From: an uncultured Dehalococcoidales bacterium
GTDB taxonomy: Bacteria > Chloroflexota > Dehalococcoidia > Dehalococcoidales > GCA-2688105
Assembly: GCA_964499445.1 (NCBI GenBank)
Contig: CAZCLE010000003.1
Span: forward strand, 7,247-71,246
DNA length: 64,000 nt
Direction of reading: 5' to 3'
Shown: positions 36,721 through 47,546 of the stretch, piece by piece
Layout of the letters: each line of letters opens with the position of its first letter
How positions within the stretch are numbered: position 1 is the stretch's first letter
The notes under the pieces: model-generated
Databases searched by the model: none
What the model saw: only the letters and a program-made list of their open reading frames with translations
What the model was told of the DNA's origin: nothing
Made by a program: the position numbers and the translations under genes

Positions 36721-38193
36721 ATGTATTATCCAACATTAGAGGAAGTTAAGAAACATAAGCGGGATGGTAATCTGGTACCGGTTTACCGGGAGATTGTCGC
36801 TGACCTGGAGACGCCGGTGTCTGCCTTCTTGAAGGTTAACCGTGGTGGCTATTCTTTTCTTCTGGAAAGCGTCGAGGGCGGTCAGCAGCTGGCTCGTTAC
36901 AGCTTCATCGGCACCGAGCCGTACCGGATACTGACCACCAGGGCAAAGGATAAGACCGACCCACTTCATCTTATTGCCGAGGAACTGAATAAGTATAAGG
37001 TAGTGTCGGTTAGTGACCTTCCCCGGTTCTGTGGCGGTGCCGTGGGCTACCTGTCTTACGAAACAGTAACTCGCTTCGAGGAGTTACCATCACCTGATGC
37101 CGACCCTTTAAGCTTACCGGAATCGCTATTTATGTTGGTGGATACCATGCTTGTCTTTGACCATGTCACGCATAAAATTAAGGTCTTGAGCCATGTTCAT
37201 CTCGATGGAGACATAGCAGCCGCCTATCAAAAAGCGGTGGGCAAGATTGATGACCTGGTAGATAGGTTAAGCCAACCGCTCACGCCGAGCCAGCGCCAGA
37301 AGGCATCCACCCGTCCTATGAATAGCTACAAGCTCTCGTCAAACTTCTCTAAGGAAGAGTTCGAAGCCAGTGTTCTTAAGATAAAGCGGTATATTACCGA
37401 TGGCGAAGCTATTCAGGTGGTGCTATCCCAGCGCCTAACCCAACCGACCGACGTCGCTCCTTTCGAAATCTATCGAGCCCTGCGCACTATCAATCCCTCC
37501 CCTTATATGTTCTTTCTCGATTTTACCGACTTTCATATTATCGGGGCTTCCCCTGAGATTCTGGTCAGAGTAGAGGATGGTATGGTAATGACCCGTCCTC
37601 TGGCGGGAACCAGGCCGCGGGGAAAAAGCCCGGCGGAGGATGCCAGGCTGGAGCAGGAACTCCGTAGTGACGAGAAGGAGCGAGCGGAGCATATTATGCT
37701 GGTGGACTTGGGGCGCAATGACATCGGGCGCGTTAGCGAGCCAGGCAGTGTTGAGGTTAGTGACCTGATGGATGTGGAGCGTTACTCCCATGTTATGCAC
37801 CTGGTGACTCATGTGCAGGGTAAGCTGCGGCGTGACCTGACTGCCTTCGATGCGCTGCGGGCTTGCTTCCCGGCCGGAACTGTATCCGGTGCGCCTAAAA
37901 TCAGGGCGATGGAAATAATCGCTGAGCTTGAGCCAGAGAAAAGGGGGCCCTACGCCGGGGCTGCCGGCTACTTCTCTTTCGCGGGCAATATGGACATGGC
38001 CATAGCCATAAGAACTATGGTGGTAAAGAATGGCATTGCTTATACTCAGGCAGGGTGTGGCATCGTTTACGATAGCGTGCCTGAGCGTGAGCATAAAGAG
38101 ACTATGAATAAAGCCCGGGCGCTGCTTAAAGCTATTAGCCAGGCTGAGAGCGCCGGCTTAATACCTAGGGGAAGCCATGCTGTTACTGATTGA
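36721..38193 (+). CDS. trpE: Anthranilate synthase component I
   Basis: LETPVSAF, LLESVEGG, NPSPYM, DLGRND, FPAGTVSGAPK. Confidence 0.96.
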   Translation: MYYPTLEEVKKHKRDGNLVPVYREIVADLETPVSAFLKVNRGGYSFLLESVEGGQQLARYSFIGTEPYRILTTRAKDKTDPLHLIAEELNKYKVVSVSDLPRFCGGAVGYLSYETVTRFEELPSPDADPLSLPESLFMLVDTMLVFDHVTHKIKVLSHVHLDGDIAAAYQKAVGKIDDLVDRLSQPLTPSQRQKASTRPMNSYKLSSNFSKEEFEASVLKIKRYITDGEAIQVVLSQRLTQPTDVAPFEIYRALRTINPSPYMFFLDFTDFHIIGASPEILVRVEDGMVMTRPLAGTRPRGKSPAEDARLEQELRSDEKERAEHIMLVDLGRNDIGRVSEPGSVEVSDLMDVERYSHVMHLVTHVQGKLRRDLTAFDALRACFPAGTVSGAPKIRAMEIIAELEPEKRGPYAGAAGYFSFAGNMDMAIAIRTMVVKNGIAYTQAGCGIVYDSVPEREHKETMNKARALLKAISQAESAGLIPRGSHAVTD

Positions 38194-38779
38194 TAATTAC
38201 GACAGTTTCACCTATAACCTGTTTCAGTATTTGAGCGAGCTGGGTGAGGAAGTAGTGGTGGTACGCAATGATAAGACCACCCTTGAGGAAATTGATAAGA
38301 TGAAGCCTCAACGGATAGTTATTTCCCCCGGCCCGTCCACACCGCTACAGGCTGGCATCTCCAATGATGTCATCCGATATTTTGGTTCCAGGTTGCCGAT
38401 ACTCGGCGTCTGTCTGGGGCACCAGTGTATCGGTTACAGCTATGGCGGCTTAATCGGGCAGGCTGAGAAGATAATGCATGGCAAGTCGTCGTTGATATAC
38501 CATAACCGCCAGGGGGTGCTGACTGGGCTACCCAACCCCTTCTCCGCCATTCGCTACCATTCACTGGTAGTGCAGCGTGAAAGACTCCCCGACTGCCTTG
38601 AAGTGACGGCGTGGACAGATGACGATACTATTATGGGACTGCGGCACCGCCAGTACCCGGTAGAGGGCATCCAGTTTCACCCCGAATCGTTTATGACTGA
38701 GGTGGGGAAGGAATTACTTAAGAATTTCCTCCAGATGTCTTATACTAGGGGCAAAAGCTCGGAGGTGGAGAAATGGTAA
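38177..38779 (+). CDS. trpG: Anthranilate synthase component II
   Basis: IDNYDSFTYN, SPGP, GVCLGHQ, QFHPES. Confidence 0.95.
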   Translation: MLLLIDNYDSFTYNLFQYLSELGEEVVVVRNDKTTLEEIDKMKPQRIVISPGPSTPLQAGISNDVIRYFGSRLPILGVCLGHQCIGYSYGGLIGQAEKIMHGKSSLIYHNRQGVLTGLPNPFSAIRYHSLVVQRERLPDCLEVTAWTDDDTIMGLRHRQYPVEGIQFHPESFMTEVGKELLKNFLQMSYTRGKSSEVEKW

Positions 38780-39543
38780 TAGCTGATTGGATTCAAGCAA
38801 ATTCAGTATGGATTGCCTTTGTCATCACCATTCTGGTACTGGTGTCTTACATTGTTGTAGCAATCAAGACTTTTAAAAAACGTCGTCGTATCATTACGCC
38901 ACTTACCATTATTTTAACTGTCTGGGGTCTCCTATTTTTTTACTATGTCGCGTTTGTGGGTAGTCGTATAGAGCCAACTGGTTGGGGGGAAATAATACTT
39001 TTAGGTGGGCTAGTGTCAATTACGGCAGCCTATGCTTATTCTACTGGGAAAATGGCTGAGGAGATGAAGGAGCAACGTTTGGGTGAAGCACGGCCTTATT
39101 TACTAATGAGGTTAGAAGACCTAGTAAAGTTAGAAGGTGATTTCGATAAATTAATTAATGCTGAAAAATATGAATTACCTGGTAACTTTAAGATAAAAAT
39201 AAGGAATGAAGGTACAGGTCCGGCAATAAATATAATAGCAGCTTTTTGGCGCTCTGATAATGTTTACCCTTTTCAGCCTAAAGGCTACTTGGCACCGCAA
39301 GAAGAATGGCAGACTACTATAAGCACACTTAGAATAGATGTCGAAGAAATAGAGATGTGGTTGCCAAAATTGGGTGAAATTGTTAAGCGTGATTATCCAG
39401 GTACTATTGCTATTGAGTATCGTGATATTCATGGGCGTACTTGGGTCACGTATCTTCAGCTTCAAAAATATTTCATTGAAGAAAACTACATTCATATTGG
39501 GGAGGGGGAACAAAATATAGTGGAGTTAAAGAGCAATGATTAG
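38773..39543 (+). CDS. AT-rich hypothetical membrane protein inserted in the trp operon
   Basis: 3 N-terminal TM segments; overlaps the trpG stop and trpD start; line 39181 is 19/60 GC versus 32/60 for trpD line 39601. Confidence 0.75.
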   Translation: MVIADWIQANSVWIAFVITILVLVSYIVVAIKTFKKRRRIITPLTIILTVWGLLFFYYVAFVGSRIEPTGWGEIILLGGLVSITAAYAYSTGKMAEEMKEQRLGEARPYLLMRLEDLVKLEGDFDKLINAEKYELPGNFKIKIRNEGTGPAINIIAAFWRSDNVYPFQPKGYLAPQEEWQTTISTLRIDVEEIEMWLPKLGEIVKRDYPGTIAIEYRDIHGRTWVTYLQLQKYFIEENYIHIGEGEQNIVELKSND

Positions 39544-40549
39544 GGAGGCTATCGCCTTAATAGTATCGGGGCGTTCACTGACTATGGAGGAAGCCGCCTC
39601 GGTTATGGAGGAGATAATGAGGGGTGAGACTACCCCGGCTCAGATTGGTGCCTTCGTTACCGCACTCAGGCTCAAGGGGGAAACGGTTGATGAAATCGTC
39701 GGGTTGGCCAAGACGATGAGGGCTAAGTCTATACCGGTGACCATTGCCGAGCCGGTAGTAGATACCTGCGGCACTGGTGGTGATGGTTTGCGTACCTTTA
39801 ATATCTCTACGGCGGCTGCTTTTGTCGCTGCCGGAGCCGGGCTCAAGGTGGCCAAACACGGCAACCGCGCCATGAGCAGCCAGTGTGGCAGTGCCGATGT
39901 TTTGGAAGCCTTAGGCGTCAGGATTGACCTTAATGCCGAGCTGGTGCAGAGATGCCTTAAGGAAGTGGGGATAGGCTTCATGTTCGCTCCATCATTCCAT
40001 CCGGCTATGAAATATGCCGCGGCTCCCCGGCGTGAGATTGGCATTCGTACCGTGTTCAATATCCTCGGTCCGCTTATTAGTCCAGCTGGCGCCAAGGCTC
40101 AAGTGCTGGGTGTAGCCGATGAGTTACTGGTGGAGAAGCTGGCGATAGTACTGCAAAGGCTGGGCAGTCATCATGCCCTGCTCGTCCACGGTGAGGATGG
40201 CTTAGATGAAATCACCATTACCGGGAAAACCCGGGTGTGTGAACTCGAAGACGATGGTATTAACCGCTATTCCCTCAGTCCTGAAGACTTTGGTTTACCT
40301 CGGGCTAGTCTGAACAGCTTGAGGGGTGGCACGGTTAAGGAAAATGCTGCCATGTTGCGTAGCATCCTGGCTGGTGCTCCCGGCCCTCAGCGTGATGTGG
40401 TACTGGTGAATACTGCCGCTGTGCTTCTGGTTGGAGACAGGGTGGAAACACTTGAGCAGGGGGTAGCCTTAGCCAGGGAAGTAATAGACAGCGGTCAGGC
40501 CCTGGCGAAGCTAGAACAGCTAATCGGGTTTAGTCAAAGTTTGACATAG
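39536..40549 (+). CDS. trpD: Anthranilate phosphoribosyltransferase
   Basis: DTCGTGGD, NIST, KHGNR, GSADVLE, RTVFNILGP, DGLDE. Confidence 0.96.
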   Translation: MIREAIALIVSGRSLTMEEAASVMEEIMRGETTPAQIGAFVTALRLKGETVDEIVGLAKTMRAKSIPVTIAEPVVDTCGTGGDGLRTFNISTAAAFVAAGAGLKVAKHGNRAMSSQCGSADVLEALGVRIDLNAELVQRCLKEVGIGFMFAPSFHPAMKYAAAPRREIGIRTVFNILGPLISPAGAKAQVLGVADELLVEKLAIVLQRLGSHHALLVHGEDGLDEITITGKTRVCELEDDGINRYSLSPEDFGLPRASLNSLRGGTVKENAAMLRSILAGAPGPQRDVVLVNTAAVLLVGDRVETLEQGVALAREVIDSGQALAKLEQLIGFSQSLT

Positions 40550-40559
40550 GGAGTATTTA

Positions 40560-41336
40560 ATGATTCTGGACAAGATAGTATCCGATAATCTACCAGAACT
40601 GGAAACCAGAAAACGCGACTTACCGCTGGAGGAGCTGAAAAGGGTGGTGTTGGCGCAGCCTCCGCCTCTTGACTTTGCCTCGGCTCTGCGCGGCGATGGT
40701 ATTCAACTCATTGCTGAGGTTAAGAAAGCGTCGCCATCCCGGGGTGTTATCTGTCATAGCTTCAACCCGGTGGAAATAGCCCAGACCTACGCCAGTAACG
40801 GCGCTTCGACTATATCGGTACTGACTGAGACCATGTACTTCCAGGGTAGCCTCAACCATCTGAAAGACATCAGAGATGCGCTGGGGAATAACAGACTGCC
40901 CCTGCTCAGGAAGGACTTCATTTATGACCCCTATCAGGCCTATGAATCGCGGGCTTACGGTGCTGATAGCCTGCTGCTCATCGTGGCTATGTTGACACCC
41001 GAGAAGCTGGCGGCGCTACTGGGACTAAGTCATGAATTGGAAATGGACTGTCTGGTGGAGGTGCATAATGAAGCCGAGCTGGAAATCGCCGTGAGGAGTG
41101 GAGCTAAGATTATCGGCATCAATAATCGGGATCTGAAGACCTTTAATGTTGACCTTACCACTACCAAGCGTCTGCGGGCGCTTATCCCGCCAGATAGAAT
41201 CGTGGTCAGCGAAAGTGGCATAAAGGACCGTAACGATATGAAAAAGCTGAAAAGGTGGGGTGTTGACGCTGTTCTCATTGGTGAGTCGCTAATGTCGGCG
41301 CCAGACATCGCCGCCAGGATGAAGGAGCTACTTTGA
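40560..41336 (+). CDS. trpC: Indole-3-glycerol phosphate synthase
   Basis: [34 protein letters not shown]. Confidence 0.96.
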   Translation: MILDKIVSDNLPELETRKRDLPLEELKRVVLAQPPPLDFASALRGDGIQLIAEVKKASPSRGVICHSFNPVEIAQTYASNGASTISVLTETMYFQGSLNHLKDIRDALGNNRLPLLRKDFIYDPYQAYESRAYGADSLLLIVAMLTPEKLAALLGLSHELEMDCLVEVHNEAELEIAVRSGAKIIGINNRDLKTFNVDLTTTKRLRALIPPDRIVVSESGIKDRNDMKKLKRWGVDAVLIGESLMSAPDIAARMKELL

Positions 41337-42004
41337 CCAAGGTAAAGATTTGCGGGCTAACTGAGACAGAGCCGGCTCTGGTGGCTGGTAAAGCTGGTGC
41401 CGATTTTTTGGGACTGGTCTTTGCCCCCAGCCGGCGTCAGGTCTCTCCCGAAAAAGCCTTGCCGATAGTTGAGGCGGTTCATAGTTTGAGACCTCGCCCG
41501 GCAGTAGTTGGCGTTTTTGTCAATTTGACGGCTCAGGAAGTTAACCGAATTGCCGACTACTGCCAATTGGACTGGGTTCAGCTCAGTGGCGACGAAAGCT
41601 GGCAGTACTGTCGGGAAATCGAGCGCCCCGTAATCAAGGTTATCCATATAGCCGCCGATAAGAAAATTGAGCAAATCCTGACTGAGATAGAGACGGGCTA
41701 CCGGTTACGCTTACCACATGACCTTGTCTGCCTTCTTGACTCCAGGGTCAGGGACGCTTATGGTGGCACGGGGCAAACATTTGACTGGCAACTAGCCGGG
41801 GAGGTATCAGCCAGGTTCCCGGTGATTATTGCTGGCGGGCTTACCCCGGCGAATGTTGAGCAACTGGTCAAGGAGGCTAATCCTTGGGGGGTTGATGTCT
41901 CCACTGGTGTAGAGGTCAATGGCCAAAAGGATGCCTCAAAAATCAGGGACTTCATCGAGTCGGTGAGGAATGCCGAGGAGGTCAATCAATCTTTAGAGAC
42001 CTAG
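41333..42004 (+). CDS. trpF: Phosphoribosylanthranilate isomerase
   Basis: [38 protein letters not shown]; TTG start. Confidence 0.95.
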   Translation: MTKVKICGLTETEPALVAGKAGADFLGLVFAPSRRQVSPEKALPIVEAVHSLRPRPAVVGVFVNLTAQEVNRIADYCQLDWVQLSGDESWQYCREIERPVIKVIHIAADKKIEQILTEIETGYRLRLPHDLVCLLDSRVRDAYGGTGQTFDWQLAGEVSARFPVIIAGGLTPANVEQLVKEANPWGVDVSTGVEVNGQKDASKIRDFIESVRNAEEVNQSLET

Positions 42005-42017
42005 AAGGAGGTGGCTA

Positions 42018-43205
42018 TTGCTGCCGGATAATAGAGGATACTTTGGAAATTATGGAGGGCGGTTTGTTCCTGAGACTCTGGTGCCAGCCCTGGAGGAATT
42101 GACCGCAGCCTATGAGAAGATGAAGGCTGACGCCACCTTCTGGACTGAGTTTGAATCACTGTCTGGCGACTATTCGGGAAGACCAACGCCACTCTACCTG
42201 GCGGAAAGGCTAAGCCGGCATTGCGGAGGTGCCCGGATTTTGCTTAAAAGGGAAGACCTGGCTCATACCGGGGCTCATAAGATTAATAATGCCTTGGGAC
42301 AGGGACTTCTTGCCCGGAGAATGGGTAAACGCAGGGTCATCGCCGAAACCGGCGCCGGACAGCATGGGGTGGCTACTGCCGCCGTATGCGCTATGCTGGG
42401 GCTGGAGTGCATCATCTACATGGGTGAAGAGGATATGCGCCGCCAGTCACTAAATGTCTTCCGGATGAAGCTAATGGGCGCCGAAGTAAGGTCGGTCTCT
42501 GGCGGCAGCCGGACGCTAAAGGACGCTATCAACGAGGCAATCAGAGACTGGGTAACCAATGTTACAGATACCTATTATCTTCTGGGTTCAGTAGTAGGTC
42601 CCTATCCTTACCCCTCAATGGTGCGTGACTTCCAGACGGTAATCGGCAAGGAAACGAGGCAGCAGATTATGGCTGAATTGGGTCGTCTGCCCGACTATAT
42701 AATCGCCTGTGTCGGCGGGGGTAGCAACGCCATTGGCATTTTCTATCCCTTTTTGCCCGACAGGGATGTCAGGCTTGTCGGCGTAGAGGCAGCGGGGAGG
42801 GGGCTTAAGACCGGGGAGCATGCGGCTTCACTGGTGGCGGGAAGGGTAGGGGTGCTCCACGGAGCAAAATCCTATGTCCTCCAGGATAATGCCGGTCAGA
42901 TTCGTGAGACCCATAGTATCTCTGCTGGACTTGACTATCCGGGTGTAGGCCCCGAACACAGTTACCTCAAAGACATCGGTCGTGTTACCTATGTCGCCGT
43001 AAGCGATGAGGAAGCGCTTGAGGGCTTTCAATTGCTATGCAAAACCGAGGGCATTACTCCGGCACTGGAACCGGCTCATGCCATATTCCACGCCGCCAAG
43101 ATGGCAAGCTCGTTGAATAAGGAGCAGATTATCGTGGTCAACCTCTCTGGACGCGGCGATAAGGACATAGACATAGTTGCTGAAGCACTGGGGGTGAAGT
43201 CTTGA
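42018..43205 (+). CDS. trpB: Tryptophan synthase beta chain
   Basis: [45 protein letters not shown]. Confidence 0.97.
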   Translation: MLPDNRGYFGNYGGRFVPETLVPALEELTAAYEKMKADATFWTEFESLSGDYSGRPTPLYLAERLSRHCGGARILLKREDLAHTGAHKINNALGQGLLARRMGKRRVIAETGAGQHGVATAAVCAMLGLECIIYMGEEDMRRQSLNVFRMKLMGAEVRSVSGGSRTLKDAINEAIRDWVTNVTDTYYLLGSVVGPYPYPSMVRDFQTVIGKETRQQIMAELGRLPDYIIACVGGGSNAIGIFYPFLPDRDVRLVGVEAAGRGLKTGEHAASLVAGRVGVLHGAKSYVLQDNAGQIRETHSISAGLDYPGVGPEHSYLKDIGRVTYVAVSDEEALEGFQLLCKTEGITPALEPAHAIFHAAKMASSLNKEQIIVVNLSGRGDKDIDIVAEALGVKS

Positions 43206-43990
43206 GTCGCATTGGTACTGTTTTTAGCCGGCCGGAGCACAAGGCTCTTATCGCCTATATTACGGTAGGTTATCCCAGTCTTGAAGCCACCTTGAGCGCG
43301 GTCCCCCTTCTTGCCGGCAGTGGGTGCGACATAGTGGAGCTGGGGATACCCTTCTCCGACCCTTTGGCTGACGGCGCCACCATACAGAAGGCGAGCTTCT
43401 CTGCTTTACAGAATGGGGTTACTCCTCAGCTTTGCCTTGAGGTCGCCAAGCAGTTGCGTCAGGAGGTCGATATTCCGCTGGTGTTTATGACTTACTTGAA
43501 TCCGGTCTTTAGTTATGGACTTAAAGAATTCTGCGCAGCCTGCGCTAAGTGCGGTGTTGATGGCTTAATCATCCCGGACTTACTTCCAGAGGAGGGCTCG
43601 GAACTGGAAGCCGTCACCCAGAAGCAAGGCCTTGACCTCATTTACCTCCTGGCTCCCTCCAGTACTGAAGAGCGCATCAGGCTGGTAGCTCAGAGGTCTC
43701 GGGGGTTTATATACTTGGTTTCGGTAACCGGGGTTACCGGGGTTAGAGACAGACTACCGGCGGATTTAGAGGCGTTTGTATCCAGAGTGAGGAAAGTAGC
43801 CACCCAACCGCTCTGTGTTGGTTTCGGAATATCCGTCCCGGAGCAGGCAAGGCAGGTGGCCCGGATAGCCGACGGTGTGATTGTGGGCAGTCGGATAATT
43901 CAGCTTATGGAAGCTGAGAATAACCTCAAATCGGTTGGCAATTTTATCAAAGAGTTAAGGCGTGCTCTGGATGAACCAGATAGGATTTAG
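43202..43990 (+). CDS. trpA: Tryptophan synthase alpha chain
   Basis: [31 protein letters not shown]. Confidence 0.96.
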   Translation: MSRIGTVFSRPEHKALIAYITVGYPSLEATLSAVPLLAGSGCDIVELGIPFSDPLADGATIQKASFSALQNGVTPQLCLEVAKQLRQEVDIPLVFMTYLNPVFSYGLKEFCAACAKCGVDGLIIPDLLPEEGSELEAVTQKQGLDLIYLLAPSSTEERIRLVAQRSRGFIYLVSVTGVTGVRDRLPADLEAFVSRVRKVATQPLCVGFGISVPEQARQVARIADGVIVGSRIIQLMEAENNLKSVGNFIKELRRALDEPDRI

Positions 43991-44280
43991 ATTTACCAAC
44001 CAAAAACTTTCCTTTAGAGTCGATTCCAAATTGAAACCTGTGCACTTAACACTCCGCTGACTTGGAGTAATGCCAAGCAGTTACCCATTGTGACCTTCCA
44101 GCCTCACAAAAATGTGGCCTTTTGGCTCACGATATTTTTTCTTCTAAGTGAATGTACCATCGAAGCCAGGTTGTTTCTTTGTCTGTGGCTTCTAGGCTGA
44201 AGTTCATTTTGCTGTCAAGCCTGGCTGTCCTTGAGTGACCCCGGCAAACTAGTACGGCGTAGCCTAAAATACGGAACGGG

Positions 44281-44586
44281 CTACCAGGGGGTCTCCTTCT
44301 TTTCCTTCAAGGTACTAATGAGGTCATCGAGGGTAATTGCCGCCAGGGTCAAGGTTTGAGTGGTCCCCTTGGCACTCAATCGTATTGCCAGTTTAGCCAT
44401 GACTTCATTACTGGGGGCTTCCAGTATATTGACGAAGTCGTACTGACCCAAGAGGGCATATTGAGTCAGGATTTTAACCCCCGTATACTCTACCTCTTTA
44501 TTGATTTCCTTGAGTCTTTCCGGGTCTTCTTGAATAGCGTTCCTCCCTTGGTCAGTGAGAGTGGTGAGCATAAGATAGACAGACAT
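44281..44586 (-). CDS. GYD-domain protein
   Basis: T..G...I...PER, YALLGQYDFV. Confidence 0.8.
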   Translation of the reverse strand: MSVYLMLTTLTDQGRNAIQEDPERLKEINKEVEYTGVKILTQYALLGQYDFVNILEAPSNEVMAKLAIRLSAKGTTQTLTLAAITLDDLISTLKEKKETPW

Positions 44587-44717
44587 AGCTACCTCCTAGT
44601 ATTCAGAATCTTTTACCCTATTATGGCATTCCTTGCCCGTTTGTCAATACGGCAATAAGACTATCCCCGCCCTTTCTGTGTTTAAGACAGGGTAGGTTAT
44701 GATATAATGTGGCGAAA

Positions 44718-44807
44718 ATGATAAAACTACTGTCCGGGAATGAAGCTCTGGACTTTGGTGCCTACCATACTGATGTCAGAGCGGTTGATGCCTATCCCGG
44801 CACGCCA
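44718..44807 (+). pseudogene. iorA: N-terminal remnant of indolepyruvate:ferredoxin oxidoreductase alpha subunit
   Basis: MIKLLSGNEALDFGAYHTDVRAVDAYPGTP matches the IorA start LLxGNEAxAxGA..AGV....AYPGTP; homology stops after residue 30. Confidence 0.7.
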
Positions 44808-44821
44808 GGCAAGGGAGAATT

Positions 44822-45253
44822 ATGGATAAGATGTCGGAGAAGGCAAAGGCTACTTCTGATAATGTGGCAAGGCTGAAGGATGGAGAGGAGCGGGAGCCAA
44901 TCGCTTCCTTCCTAAAAATGAGGCTGCTGGAGCTTACCCCGGGCTATGCCAGGATAGCCATGAAGCTGGTACCCGAATACCAAAACTTTAACGGTCTAAT
45001 CTTCGGCGGTATTATTATGGCAATGGCCGACCAGGCATTTGCCTATGCCTCCAATTCTTTAGCCCACCCCAGTATAGCCTCCCAGTTCAACATCCACTTC
45101 ATCAGCGGCGCCGGGGTAAATGACGAACTTACCGCGGAGTGTCGGGTAGTAAAGAGTGGCAAGCGGGTTGGTGTCTCCGAGATAATAGTGACCAACCAAG
45201 ACAACAAGCTTATCGCTAAAGCCACCGGCACGACTATTCCCGTGACTAAATAG
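44822..45253 (+). CDS. PaaI-family thioesterase
   Basis: NFNGLIFGGIIMAMADQAFAYASNS. Confidence 0.88.
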   Translation: MDKMSEKAKATSDNVARLKDGEEREPIASFLKMRLLELTPGYARIAMKLVPEYQNFNGLIFGGIIMAMADQAFAYASNSLAHPSIASQFNIHFISGAGVNDELTAECRVVKSGKRVGVSEIIVTNQDNKLIAKATGTTIPVTK

Positions 45254-45611
45254 CTGAGCATGCCTTCTTGGTATATATCAATTCCAGATGGTAAGTAGCA
45301 TCTGGTAGTGAGGAAGTCCCTCGGTATTGACAGGGCAATCTCCATTATGATAAACTACGCCACTATTAAGCTAGGAGGCAGATAAGTTTCAGTGGTGATG
45401 TCCATAACTGTGATTCACCAGTTGGAGGGAACTAAATTCGTCTTTACCAAGCGCATTTAGGTGCGCTTGGGGGATTTGGTACGCACATTTAGCTCAATAA
45501 ATATATTTAACCAAAGGAATCTAATCAAATTACCTCCCCAAGCGGGGGGTAATATTTTTTATATAGATATAGCGTTCTCTAATTATAGTTGAGGGTCAAT
45601 CAGGTGGGAAA

Positions 45612-47546
45612 GTGGTTAATATAGCGCCAATCGAATACTGTGATACCCTGCCTAAATTTGTTGTGCGCAACTCCGAAAACAGGGGCTGCCAGACGGCAAT
45701 GTGCATGAAAAAATTCGGCGTCTGGGAGAGGTATAGCTGGAAGGACTGCTGTGAAAAGGTAAAATACCTGTCATTGGGTCTGGTGAGCCTTGGCCTGGAA
45801 CCGAGGGATGTGGTTTGTATCATTGGGGATAATGAACCGGAATGGTTTTGGGGCGAGTTCGCCACGCAGGCGGCCGGAGGCATCGCTACCGGGATTTTCG
45901 TTGACTCTATTCCCTCTGAGGTGCAGTACATAGCCGACCACTCTGGCGTCAAATTTGCTATAGTAAATGACCAGGAGCAGACGGACAAGTTTCTGGAAAT
46001 CAAGGACAAGCTACCTTTACTAAAGAAGGTCATCTACTGGGACCCCAAAGGCCTGAAAAATTACGACGACCCCATCCTTATCAGCTTTACCGAGGTTATA
46101 AAGCTGGGCAAAGAATATGAAAACACACACCCCGGCGTGTTTGAGCAGAATATAGAGAAGAGCGAGGGGGATGATATTGCCTTTATTTACTACACATCAG
46201 GAACTACCGGACTACCTAAGGGGGCTCAGCTTACCCATCAAGCCCTGATAAATACGGCTCGGCAGTTCGTCAGTCGTTTTCCATTGGATGAGAACGATGA
46301 TTTGATTTCCAACTTTCCAGCGGCCTGGGTAGGAGATACTTTTTTCGCTACTATTCCCCATCTACTGACCGGTGCCAGTTTGAATTTTCCTGAGGAGCCG
46401 GAGACCATTACTGAAGATACCCGAGAAACTGGTCCCAACCTGGTAATATATGGTCCGCGGCAATGGGAAGGCGTGGTCAGTGAAATTCAGGTCAAGATGA
46501 TTGATGCTAATCCCTTAAAACGCTTCGTCTATAAACTATTCCTGCCGGTAGGTCACAAAATTGCTGATATGAACTTCCGGGGAGAAAAACCAAGTCTATC
46601 CTGGCGGGTTCTTCACCGGATTGCCTATTTAGTTTTATTCAGACCTCTCAAGGACCGGCTAGGACTGAATAGAGTCAAGTTTGCCGTTACCGGAAGTTCC
46701 GTATTGAGTCTGGATACCTTCCGGTTAATACATGCCATGGGTGTTGAGCTTAGACAGAACTATGGCAGTACTGAAGCTGGCCTTATTTCCTCCCACAGTA
46801 AGGGGGAAATAAAATTTGAAAGTGTGGGGCGCCCGACATGTGGTACCGAGGTGAGGGTGACTGACAAGGGAGAACTCCTGGTTAGGAGTGATTCTATGTT
46901 TAGCGGATACTACAAGGACCCCTCAAAAACCGCCGAAACTCTGATAAATGGCTGGTGTCACACTGGGGATGCGGTCACTATTAATGAGGACGGACACCTG
47001 ATATTCATGGACCGATTGGAGCATATGGGTGAACTAAGTTCGGGTATCAAATATGCCCCTCAGTACGTTGAGGGCAGACTAAGGTTCAGCCCGTATATAA
47101 AGGATGCTATGGTCGTTGGAGGTAAGGATAAAGACTTTGTCTCAGCGATAATAAACATAGACTTTGCCATGGTAGCCAAATGGGCAGAACGCAACCGATT
47201 GCCCTACACTACCTTTGTTGACCTGTCTCAGAAAAAGGAGGTTGCTGATTTAGTGCAGAAGGACTTGATTCGAGTAAACAGCTACCTACCTGAGCCAGCC
47301 AGGGTAAGGAAATTTGTCCTGCTACACAAAGAGTTTGACCCTGACGAGGCTGAACTTACCCGGACCAGAAAATTAAGAAGGTCATTTATGGAGGACCGGT
47401 ATCAAGAGTTAATCAACACCATACATACTGGTGGGGAAGAGATAAAGGTTAAGGCACCGGTAACCTATAGAGATGGCAGGAAGGGTATAGTAACCACCAG
47501 TGTTAAAGTAAGGACTGTAGTGGGCGGAATTATAGATAATGGCTGA
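45612..47546 (+). CDS. Long-chain acyl-CoA synthetase (AMP-binding)
   Basis: YTSGTTGLPKG, YGSTE, WCHTGD, DPDEAELTRTRKLRR; GTG start. Confidence 0.9.
   Translation: MVNIAPIEYCDTLPKFVVRNSENRGCQTAMCMKKFGVWERYSWKDCCEKVKYLSLGLVSLGLEPRDVVCIIGDNEPEWFWGEFATQAAGGIATGIFVDSIPSEVQYIADHSGVKFAIVNDQEQTDKFLEIKDKLPLLKKVIYWDPKGLKNYDDPILISFTEVIKLGKEYENTHPGVFEQNIEKSEGDDIAFIYYTSGTTGLPKGAQLTHQALINTARQFVSRFPLDENDDLISNFPAAWVGDTFFATIPHLLTGASLNFPEEPETITEDTRETGPNLVIYGPRQWEGVVSEIQVKMIDANPLKRFVYKLFLPVGHKIADMNFRGEKPSLSWRVLHRIAYLVLFRPLKDRLGLNRVKFAVTGSSVLSLDTFRLIHAMGVELRQNYGSTEAGLISSHSKGEIKFESVGRPTCGTEVRVTDKGELLVRSDSMFSGYYKDPSKTAETLINGWCHTGDAVTINEDGHLIFMDRLEHMGELSSGIKYAPQYVEGRLRFSPYIKDAMVVGGKDKDFVSAIINIDFAMVAKWAERNRLPYTTFVDLSQKKEVADLVQKDLIRVNSYLPEPARVRKFVLLHKEFDPDEAELTRTRKLRRSFMEDRYQELINTIHTGGEEIKVKAPVTYRDGRKGIVTTSVKVRTVVGGIIDNG

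Noticed and set aside
43995-44210. 53-codon minus-strand ORF (MNFSLEATDKETTWLRWY...) after trpA
   Set aside because: No recognisable motif or clear RBS. It may be debris and cannot be supported.
45309-45320. GAGGAAGTCCC, resembling the RNase P 5' motif
   Set aside because: One base short of the motif, and no other RNase P helices or 3' consensus follow.
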